A stretch of DNA of 64,000 nt from Halorutilales archaeon Cl-col2-1. GTDB taxonomy: Archaea > Halobacteriota > Halobacteria > Halobacteriales > Afararchaeaceae. The translations under genes and the position numbers were made by a program. Numbering within the stretch: position 1 is the stretch's first letter; each line of letters opens with the position of its first letter. The notes under the pieces are model-generated. The model did no database searches and had not been told where the DNA came from. It saw nothing but the letters and a program-made list of their open reading frames with translations. The stretch lies in contig CP169074.1 in the NCBI GenBank assembly GCA_041891055.1, positions 1,632,001 through 1,696,000 on the forward strand, given 5' to 3'. Shown one piece after another: positions 42,365 to 51,089 of this stretch.

Positions 42365-43099
42365 GAAATCAGACTATACATTCGATCAGATAGCGGGAAA
42401 AAACCCCGGTTCCAATTGCCCTGGAACTACCACATGTCTTTCCAGAGTTTCATATACCAAGCTCTGGACAAATACGAGCCGGAGATAGCTACCAAACTAC
42501 ATCAATACCCTCATGCACCACCATTCTCGTTCAGCGAATTCATCCAAACCGGTCCTTTTCAGGCTACAGATGATGGGCTAATGTGTGAGAGCGGATATTG
42601 GATCGTCACGTCTGACGATAAGAGAATCATAGACGCTGTGGCTAACCATGCTCAACATGATAGCAAGCTAACTCTCGGACACACAACAATCCCCGTCACT
42701 GGAGTAGATATTGAGAAGATCCAGGGTAAGGAGAAAGAGAGGTACAAGTCTACGAGTCCGATATACGTAAGTCAAAGAGGAGAAGATGGAGAAGTAGAGG
42801 ATCTTTTCCCAGAAGACGGAATGTGGTACTCTCGTCTGAAGGACAGCGTTAGAGATAGGATTCGTCATGAGAGAACTCTCCCAGATGATTTCCAGTTTAT
42901 CATCGATGAAGTCCATTGGTCGAAGAAAAAACGCCTACGTTCGGGAGATGGATGGCGATCCTGTTCTCGACTAGAGTTAACGATCAGATCCGATCTAGAG
43001 ACGAGTGAGTTCATTCAGCAACAAGGGCTCGGAGAAAAAACTGGGATGGGTTTTGGTAATCTCATGCCCACCAATGAAATCCCGGAGGAGTGGCGATGA
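42365..43099 (+). CDS. cas6: CRISPR endoribonuclease Cas6 (start codon ambiguous)
   Basis: LPWNY, FSFSE, SPIYV, C-terminal GLGEKTGMGFG loop; frame open from 42365, first canonical start TTG 42416. Confidence 0.88.
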   Translation, partial: EIRLYIRSDSGKKPRFQLPWNYHMSFQSFIYQALDKYEPEIATKLHQYPHAPPFSFSEFIQTGPFQATDDGLMCESGYWIVTSDDKRIIDAVANHAQHDSKLTLGHTTIPVTGVDIEKIQGKEKERYKSTSPIYVSQRGEDGEVEDLFPEDGMWYSRLKDSVRDRIRHERTLPDDFQFIIDEVHWSKKKRLRSGDGWRSCSRLELTIRSDLETSEFIQQQGLGEKTGMGFGNLMPTNEIPEEWR

Positions 43100-45009
43100 G
43101 TATTCAAGCAGATATTGAAAAGTTTGAGGAAGGAAAAGAGAAGAAACTTCTCTTCAAGCTCTCCCAAGATGCATTCGTAAATGAGGGGGCGGTCGAAATG
43201 GCGAGGGGTCTTGGGGACTTAGTGGAGATAGAAAGCAACAAGATACTGATTAACTCAGAGGCTTCGAAATCAGAAGTAGCAGAGCGGGTAGAAGATATAT
43301 TAAGAGAAGGATTATCTCAGACACACCGGAGAACTAACGTAGCTCACCAGATTAACGATACTGTTGATGAGAGAGACGAGTTAGATGATAGCCTGAGAGT
43401 AGGTGCACCAAACACACATTTTCCGATGGATTCTGACGAAGATGAGACGGTGTACGAAAATGATACAGTTAATATTGAAGAGCTAAGAAATGTCGGCATA
43501 GATCCATCGGAGATAGATATAGACGAAGGTGATGAAAAGAGCCTCTATACGCTTTCGCCGACATTCGTAGGAAGACCACAGCCGGGAAGATACGGTTTCC
43601 AAGCCTCCCTCGATAACACTGAGGATTACTTTGATATATTTACGAAATACATAGAAGGCGAATATGAAGGATCAGAGGATGACTACTGTACCAACTGTGG
43701 TTCCAGTGGAATACCAAGCTGGCAGGTGGAGGACGAAGAAGGAAATAAAATTAAACTAGAGCACAGCCAAGCATCCTCAATACTGTTAACTAAGTCGAGT
43801 AATCCGTCTCCTCTTGGTCAGGGGTCACCCAAAAGCAGTTATCAAGGTAGATGTGTTTCGTGTCTTATAGCAGGATTCTATTACACGCTGATCGAGAAAG
43901 CAGTTCGTCTCGTAAGTTTCGATGATGGGGGAGAATACCGTATTTTTACTCCAGTAGGTGACTTTGAGGAGTTACGTAATATACGCGGAGATCTGACTAA
44001 CATCTGGGAAAGCGGAGGTGAAGGAGGAAGAACTATTAATGAACCTACATCGAACAGCAAAGCTCGGCAGCAGAATATAGGATCTACAAGAAGTAGATCC
44101 AAGGGGATACAGATACTCGACTTCTTCAGCGAGGTTCTCAGACAGGGTAATATAGATATTGTAGGAGGAGAATACTCTAAAGAGACGATTCACAGACCCA
44201 CTTCTCTAATAACTTATATTACCTCTCCAATGAAGAGTGGCAACTATGTTAGAGAGATAAAGTCGTTTGAAAGTGTGGATTCGGACAGTTGGATATACGA
44301 AGTTGTCCGTGAGAGAGAGTTAGAACCAGAAGGTCAAGAAGATGAAGATTGGGATGAGAGTTACTGGGCTGTACCCGACGTTTTGTCTTGGTTTGCAAAT
44401 ATATCCCAGAATAGCGAGGAAGTTGGAATAGACGAGAAGGATATGATTGGCTACGGGATAATAGAGAAGGATCTAAAACAGATAGAGAGAGGTCTATTCG
44501 AGCTTCTGAAGAAAGTCGAGAAAGAGAAGGGGGAAATAACTCCCTATATGTTACCCATCGCAAAAACAAGAAACTATTTCGGAGATATCATGAGACAATC
44601 AGCAAGCACTGAGAGTATAGACAGTGAACAGATCGAGAGCATCACGAATGTAGCCTCCAACCTTGGGGGGATGTTCTATGACAGGGATAATATAAGCGTG
44701 CTAATATCCCTCCAGAGCTCGAACACTCCCTCCGAGTTTTTACAAGCATTCGAGAAGGCGTCTATGCAGGCTCAAAAGATGATAACTGACGAAGGTGAAG
44801 GAGGAGAGGATGAGGAGTTCCGAAGAAAGGCAATAAACCGCTGGTCGGGAAAAGAAGACATCGAGACTGTTCTTGAATTAATAACAGATCCAGACAAGTT
44901 TGAGGACGCAAAAAGAATGTTCGTTATACAAGCATCGCTGTCGGCACATTACCAGAATAGTGTAAAGAACTACCAAGAGAGCCAGTCAGATACTGGAGGT
45001 GATCAGTAA
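43096..45009 (+). CDS. cas8: Type I large subunit Cas8 (Cas8b/Cst1-like, CxxC...CxxC) with Cas11-like C-terminal domain
   Basis: Between cas6 and cas7; CTNC and CVSC pairs; helical C-terminal about 140 aa; ATG 43096 overlaps the cas6 stop. Confidence 0.75.
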   Translation: MSIQADIEKFEEGKEKKLLFKLSQDAFVNEGAVEMARGLGDLVEIESNKILINSEASKSEVAERVEDILREGLSQTHRRTNVAHQINDTVDERDELDDSLRVGAPNTHFPMDSDEDETVYENDTVNIEELRNVGIDPSEIDIDEGDEKSLYTLSPTFVGRPQPGRYGFQASLDNTEDYFDIFTKYIEGEYEGSEDDYCTNCGSSGIPSWQVEDEEGNKIKLEHSQASSILLTKSSNPSPLGQGSPKSSYQGRCVSCLIAGFYYTLIEKAVRLVSFDDGGEYRIFTPVGDFEELRNIRGDLTNIWESGGEGGRTINEPTSNSKARQQNIGSTRSRSKGIQILDFFSEVLRQGNIDIVGGEYSKETIHRPTSLITYITSPMKSGNYVREIKSFESVDSDSWIYEVVRERELEPEGQEDEDWDESYWAVPDVLSWFANISQNSEEVGIDEKDMIGYGIIEKDLKQIERGLFELLKKVEKEKGEITPYMLPIAKTRNYFGDIMRQSASTESIDSEQIESITNVASNLGGMFYDRDNISVLISLQSSNTPSEFLQAFEKASMQAQKMITDEGEGGEDEEFRRKAINRWSGKEDIETVLELITDPDKFEDAKRMFVIQASLSAHYQNSVKNYQESQSDTGGDQ

Positions 45010-45947
45010 TGAAAGCAATAGGTATGAACTACCTGACCTATGTAGACCTCGGGAATCATAACGCAGGAGAAGGAGGAAGTCAATTATCCGACCTCAAAAA
45101 GTACGGAAACAAGCCCTACATCAGTGGACAGGCATACCGACACTCAATCAAAGACGCTCTGAAAGCAATAGTCGATGACTTGAGTACTGTAGACTGCACT
45201 CCGAGGAACGCATGTGGGGACATAGAGAACTGCAAGCTGTGTGACCTATTCGGTTACATGAATACTGATCTAGAACCCGATGACGGAGAACCCAATCCAA
45301 ATAGAGTTTCACCGCTTAGGGTTAGTCCTCTAGTTGGGCAGTATGACATGCCGATAACGACAGATCTCGTCGTCCAATACGATGTAGAAGGCGATAATCG
45401 TATGGCACGCCGGGAAATAGAGGAGAACGTATTCAAGGGAGGGATTGCGCTGGATCTAGATTCTATAGGAAGACGAGAGAATGAGGAAGTCAATACAGAC
45501 AGGGACTACGACGAGCAGTATCATCGTGAGCTTGAAAACGAGATAGACGAAGACGAGAGGAAAGAAAGAGCGAAGGAACTCATAGATGCTGTTCAAAACA
45601 GCACACAGCTAGCAGGTCAGGCTCGCCACATGGCAGATTTCATGCCGGATCTTCTGGTAGTCTCAAGCCAAGACCAGTACAACCAGAGAGTAAGCAATGC
45701 ATTACATGTTGACCCCGAATCCGGCGAACTCAACACAAAATCCTTCGAGAGCGTACTCCAAGACCTCACTAATATGGAGTCTGACGGTGAGGGGAAGGTG
45801 TGGGTCGCTGGAACGTATAACCCCGAAGTAATCTCAAACTGGGATGAAGTGATGGAAACCGCCGAAGAAATTGAGGGAGTGACTATTGTTGATACCGTAA
45901 GTGGATGTTATGAGGCGGTAAAAGAAGAAATCGACTCGGAACTATAG
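45009..45947 (+). CDS. cas7: Cas7, DevR/Cst2-type
   Basis: PYISGQAYRHSIK, CDLFGYM, RVSPLRVSP, LDLDSIG. Confidence 0.92.
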   Translation: MKAIGMNYLTYVDLGNHNAGEGGSQLSDLKKYGNKPYISGQAYRHSIKDALKAIVDDLSTVDCTPRNACGDIENCKLCDLFGYMNTDLEPDDGEPNPNRVSPLRVSPLVGQYDMPITTDLVVQYDVEGDNRMARREIEENVFKGGIALDLDSIGRRENEEVNTDRDYDEQYHRELENEIDEDERKERAKELIDAVQNSTQLAGQARHMADFMPDLLVVSSQDQYNQRVSNALHVDPESGELNTKSFESVLQDLTNMESDGEGKVWVAGTYNPEVISNWDEVMETAEEIEGVTIVDTVSGCYEAVKEEIDSEL

Positions 45948-45951
45948 TATA

Positions 45952-46677
45952 ATGACCCAACAGATCCTCCGAGCTACGCTTGACGTACCTTTCGAGTGTG
46001 CATTTAGAGACCCAGACTCGATGAACGCCTTACCTACATACAGTGTTCCACCAGTTACTACACTCCAAGGAATGCTATATGCTGCACTTGCACGTCCTTC
46101 CCTACTTTTCCAGTCAGGTAGAAGCCGGTATATTCCAAAAGACCTGAGAGATGATGAGGAAGAGTTTCGTAGGGAGGTTCAAGACAAGTGTCAGTTTGGC
46201 ATAAGAGTCATAGAACAAGGGAAAGAGTACAACGGTCTGAAGACTCGTCAGAAGATGGAGGATAAAAGAGGGCAAAATGACGCGAGGTATAAAAGCTATG
46301 TGACAAATGAGGAAACTTTGATCGAGCCCACATTTCGGATTTATATAACTGAAAATGGAGGGGAGGAATACCTAGATATATTCAAGCAAGCTCTTGAAGA
46401 TCCTTCTCGAATGCTGTATTTAGGACGCTCAGATGATATAGTAGATGTATGTGATGTTCATCTCATTGAAGCCGAGAAGGTAAACAAAACCAAGAGTCTG
46501 GACTGTGTCGTCCCAAGTGCTGAAGGAGAGCATCTAGAGATGTTGCCCGTGGAGCCAGATCACAGATCCGGTCGTTCTACAAAGCCTCCAAGAGTCAAGG
46601 CAGTTTCAATAGATGGTGCCGAGGTGGGTAGTTATTATCGTACTTCAGATGGGGAAGAGTTTGTATTTATAACTTGA
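45952..46677 (+). CDS. cas5: Cas5
   Basis: AFRDP...TY.VPP.TTL.GML.AA, LYLGRSDD. Confidence 0.92.
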   Translation: MTQQILRATLDVPFECAFRDPDSMNALPTYSVPPVTTLQGMLYAALARPSLLFQSGRSRYIPKDLRDDEEEFRREVQDKCQFGIRVIEQGKEYNGLKTRQKMEDKRGQNDARYKSYVTNEETLIEPTFRIYITENGGEEYLDIFKQALEDPSRMLYLGRSDDIVDVCDVHLIEAEKVNKTKSLDCVVPSAEGEHLEMLPVEPDHRSGRSTKPPRVKAVSIDGAEVGSYYRTSDGEEFVFIT

Positions 46678-46721
46678 TTCTTTTTTAAGTTTTTCTCAGC
46701 TTCCGTCGAAGAGTTGAACTA

Positions 46722-49238
46722 ATTTCAATCCCACTTAGGCACTATTACGACTCCGAGACGCTCAGAACCTTGACCGAGAACATGAGACAATTTCAATCCC
46801 ACTTAGGCACTATTACGACGAACGAGTCTCTTCGTATCCTCCTATCGATACCATCATTTCAATCCCACTTAGGCACTATTACGACTCCGAGACGCTCAGA
46901 ACCTTGACCGAGAACATGAGACAATTTCAATCCCACTTAGGCACTATTACGACGAACGAGTCTCTTCGTATCCTCCTATCGATACCATCATTTCAATCCC
47001 ACTTAGGCACTATTACGACAGTTCCTCCATGCGTTCGCTCCAAGCCGACTTAGTCGAATTTCAATCCCACTTAGGCACTATTACGACAGTTCCTCCATGC
47101 GTTCGCTCCAAGCCGACTTAGTCGAATTTCAATCCCACTTAGGCACTATTACGACAGTTCCTCCATGCGTTCGCTCCAAGCCGACTTAGTCGAATTTCAA
47201 TCCCACTTAGGCACTATTACGACAGTTCCTCCATGCGTTCGCTCCAAGCCGACTTAGTCGAATTTCAATCCCACTTAGGCACTATTACGACAGTTCCTCC
47301 ATGCGTTCGCTCCAAGCCGACTTAGTCGAATTTCAATCCCACTTAGGCACTATTACGACACGTCTTCGTCAACGAAACTTATTCCGCTGTCGATCAATTT
47401 CAATCCCACTTAGGCACTATTACGACATCATCCACGCGAACCACCAGTGCTTCAGAGGCGTCATTTCAATCCCACTTAGGCACTATTACGACCGTATCTG
47501 ACCTGCCGGACAGGGGCTTTCGAGCACCGAAATTTCAATCCCACTTAGGCACTATTACGACCCGGGCGATGCGCGCGGATATGCGGAGCAGTTAATCCAT
47601 TTCAATCCCACTTAGGCACTATTACGACCAACTGGAACGGACTAATGAGGACTCTTGGAGGACTATTTCAATCCCACTTAGGCACTATTACGACAACTTC
47701 GTAGTCTACATCAAAGTCTTCGTTGTCATCATTTCAATCCCACTTAGGCACTATTACGACAACTTCGTAGTCTACATCAAAGTCTTCGTTGTCATCATTT
47801 CAATCCCACTTAGGCACTATTACGACAACTTCGTAGTCTACATCAAAGTCTTCGTTGTCATCATTTCAATCCCACTTAGGCACTATTACGACTTTGAGAT
47901 TGATCCAGACGATTCTTCTCCCTGGCGTTATTTCAATCCCACTTAGGCACTATTACGACCGTAGCCGCGCCGCTAAACGCTCCCTCGAGGAGACTCGCAT
48001 TTCAATCCCACTTAGGCACTATTACGACGAGAACGAGGTCGCGCGCGAAACGAGAGAGTATCTTGAATTTCAATCCCACTTAGGCACTATTACGACGGCA
48101 AAAAACGGAGTCGCTGAATCGAGCGGTCGAGGATATTTCAATCCCACTTAGGCACTATTACGACACGACTGCGAAACCAGCCCTCGACTGAGGATAGATG
48201 GGATTTCAATCCCACTTAGGCACTATTACGACTATGCCGGCGAGCCAGCTATATTGAGGAGCCGAGTCATTTCAATCCCACTTAGGCACTATTACGACTC
48301 GGAGAAAGCCAACTCTGATGACATGGTGCTCGAAGAATTTCAATCCCACTTAGGCACTATTACGACAATATCTCGAAGAGAAGTCGGGAGTCGATGAATC
48401 ATATTTCAATCCCACTTAGGCACTATTACGACAATACGGCGAGAGACAATCATAGTTCGTTCTTTGACATTTCAATCCCACTTAGGCACTATTACGACCA
48501 GCGACTCCTATATTTCAGGACCGGCACATGGAGAAATTTCAATCCCACTTAGGCACTATTACGACTCAGGACCCGCACATGGAGAAGGGGATAACGCGTT
48601 CATTTCAATCCCACTTAGGCACTATTACGACGGAAGGTAACTGGACAAACATCGATGAGTCTAAATTCCCATTTCAATCCCACTTAGGCACTATTACGAC
48701 TATGAGATCGGATCCTCTGAGATCGGCATCTTCGAGATATTTCAATCCCACTTAGGCACTATTACGACACGATCCCGCCGCGGAGTATGAGGACAGTCTA
48801 TGGCATTTCAATCCCACTTAGGCACTATTACGACTCTCCATCTCGGAATCGGATGTCACCGTCTCTCGCCAATTTCAATCCCACTTAGGCACTATTACGA
48901 CAAGTTCGAGAGCTACACGTTCGACCTCGCAGTCGGTCATTTCAATCCCACTTAGGCACTATTACGACAGAGACTTAATCAAGATCCAGAAACGCGACCG
49001 GCAATATTTCAATCCCACTTAGGCACTATTACGACCCGTTATACTGAACGGTCGTCGAGTCGGTAATCAGTTCATTTCAATCCCACTTAGGCACTATTAC
49101 GACCGCCGGCAGAACTCCCAGTTTCTCGACTATGACTTCATTTCAATCCCACTTAGGCACTATTACGACTGCATATCTTCTTGATCGGCATCTTCGACAC
49201 ACTCTCGCATTTCAATCCCACTTAGGCACTATTACGAC
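46722..49238 (-). CRISPR. CRISPR array: 38 identical 30-bp repeats, 37 spacers (29 unique, about 36-39 bp)
   Basis: Plus-strand repeat ATTTCAATCCCACTTAGGCACTATTACGAC; reverse complement ends ATTGAAAT (type I 5' handle), leader on the cas2 side. Confidence 0.98.
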
Positions 49239-49354
49239 CTAGAGTAAGAAATTTATACTAGATAAGTGTTCTTGAAGTATTAGCCTTCAAAGATAGGCTT
49301 TTCTTCGCTAGCCCATGTGGTAATGTAATCTGGTATAAAGGGGCTAGAATCGAA
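49239..49354 (-). promoter_or_regulatory. CRISPR leader
   Basis: AT-rich non-coding segment between the cas2 stop and the first repeat. Confidence 0.75.
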
Positions 49355-49618
49355 TCATAAGAATCGATTATCTTCTAAAGACTCACCAATTGTCTCTGTC
49401 TCGACCCAATCCGGATTAGAAACCTTATACACAATAACTTGATCATCCCCTTGGACAAGCCCATCCAGACCAGACTTTATTTCCTTATACTCGCTCTGAG
49501 TTAATTCCCCATCAAAAACACTATTTTGCCTCCAAGTTAGCCATTTTCGTAAGTAGTCACATAGCTTTTGAGTTCTACTTGCTTTAACATCGTATACTAT
49601 TATAACGTTCATTTTCAT
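49355..49618 (-). CDS. cas2: Cas2
   Basis: IIVYDV, QNSVFDGELT. Confidence 0.95.
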   Translation of the reverse strand: MKMNVIIVYDVKASRTQKLCDYLRKWLTWRQNSVFDGELTQSEYKEIKSGLDGLVQGDDQVIVYKVSNPDWVETETIGESLEDNRFL

Positions 49619-50595
49619 CTAGCAGTTGTTGGTTGATACTCTTCTATCTCCAGAATATGCTTAGTTATGCGATGGCATTCCTGACGTATCCATCGTCTCC
49701 AAGACATATTACGTCTGATTTGAGGATGTTTCCTAGTTTGCAGTAGACGTTCATCGAAAGCATCAACAAAAGTCGATTTAGCAGATTCATTCATACTACA
49801 GAAGTCCCCTTCCTTCTCGAAATCGTCAGGGGTTATTTTTCCTTGGTTAGCTAGACCTATAATCAGCCTGTCAACTATCAGAGGCTTGAAAATTTCAGCG
49901 ATATCCAGACTTAGACTATACCGTCTCTCGTGTGGCTCGTGGAGAAAACTCACTGTCTGGTCAAGACGTGTATGATATATTTCTGTTACTATAGAACCAT
50001 ATAACATTGAATTACCATAACTCATTAAACTATTAGAAGGATCTTCGGGAGGATTCTTAGAACGACCGTTCAATTCCATTCCATCAGCGATTACGTGGTC
50101 AAAACCATCGTAGTATATCTTACGTGCCTCACCTTCGATTTCCATTAATTCAGGTATAGACTCTGCATTCTCGAGAAGCTGTTTTCTAAGTTCAAGTTCT
50201 TCATCAGCTATACAGCAATTGTTTTCCCCATATCTAAGTAGGGTTAGCCTAAGGTTTTCTATACTACCTTTGACGAATTTTCGAGCTAACTTCAGACGCT
50301 TTTCTTCGTCTAAATAATATTCAGACTGTTTTGTCACACACATCCCACTCAGAATAGGCTTAGGTGGCTGAAAACAGCCTAAATACTTGCCGCCATAACT
50401 AAAGACATGTAATGTTGTGTTGGTTTCTTCAAGTAGATCATGGACTCCAGGGGTTATGGTAATCCCCTCAGTAGCGAATATATCATAGACTTTCTCAATA
50501 GGAATTGGTGTCTTGTCGTTCTCAGTTTCGAAATAAAGAGTGTTCCGTTCCCGAGTTAAGGTTCCCCTTGAATTTATGTAATATCTATCTTTCAT
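49615..50595 (-). CDS. cas1: Cas1 (I-B type)
   Basis: G.L.R..NTL.F, IEGE....YY, N.LMSYGN..LY, SFLHEP, LDIAEIFKP. Confidence 0.96.
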   Translation of the reverse strand: MKDRYYINSRGTLTRERNTLYFETENDKTPIPIEKVYDIFATEGITITPGVHDLLEETNTTLHVFSYGGKYLGCFQPPKPILSGMCVTKQSEYYLDEEKRLKLARKFVKGSIENLRLTLLRYGENNCCIADEELELRKQLLENAESIPELMEIEGEARKIYYDGFDHVIADGMELNGRSKNPPEDPSNSLMSYGNSMLYGSIVTEIYHTRLDQTVSFLHEPHERRYSLSLDIAEIFKPLIVDRLIIGLANQGKITPDDFEKEGDFCSMNESAKSTFVDAFDERLLQTRKHPQIRRNMSWRRWIRQECHRITKHILEIEEYQPTTAR

Positions 50596-51089
50596 GCAAA
50601 ACAGAACTCCCTCATACTACATTTTTTACAGGCAGTTTTCCACTCCGGATCTGGACAATCCCCCTCGATAATCTCTCGTATGTTTTTAGTCACCTCATCA
50701 TGTCTTTTCTGGATGTCTTCAGACCAATCCATCTCTTTTTTTGTGCTTTCTTCAGGGTATCTTAGAATACCCACAACTTCAGTTTCTTTTTCCGAGTGGA
50801 GTAAATGCATATAATGAATCAGTTGTATTTCATCAGCATCTTGATACGTAGAGGAGCGTTTGACCTCGTTTATCTCTATTTTGTCCCCCTTGCGTATGAA
50901 ATCTATCTGATTATTTCCGATATTTTTTGTATCTTCTCTCTTGAAGCTATCTGAGTCAAGTAATTCCCCAAGCTTCACGTATTCGTTCTCATCTGCATAA
51001 AGAATCCTATAATGGTGGTACCAGAGCTTAGTTTTACATATTGTATAGTAGTGATAGTGCTGTCCAGTAAGCTCTCTTTCAGATATCAT
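50592..51089 (-). CDS. cas4: Cas4
   Basis: ICKTKLW, ID..., EVKRS, QL..Y, CKKCSMREFC Fe-S ligands. Confidence 0.95.
   Translation of the reverse strand: MISERELTGQHYHYYTICKTKLWYHHYRILYADENEYVKLGELLDSDSFKREDTKNIGNNQIDFIRKGDKIEINEVKRSSTYQDADEIQLIHYMHLLHSEKETEVVGILRYPEESTKKEMDWSEDIQKRHDEVTKNIREIIEGDCPDPEWKTACKKCSMREFCFA

Noticed and set aside
47301-48755. ORFs within the CRISPR array
   Set aside because: Translations of repeats (FQSHLGTITT); spurious
46752-49208. Self-targeting spacers
   Set aside because: Only 10-12-nt matches to the window were seen by eye; none significant (an exhaustive search was not possible)
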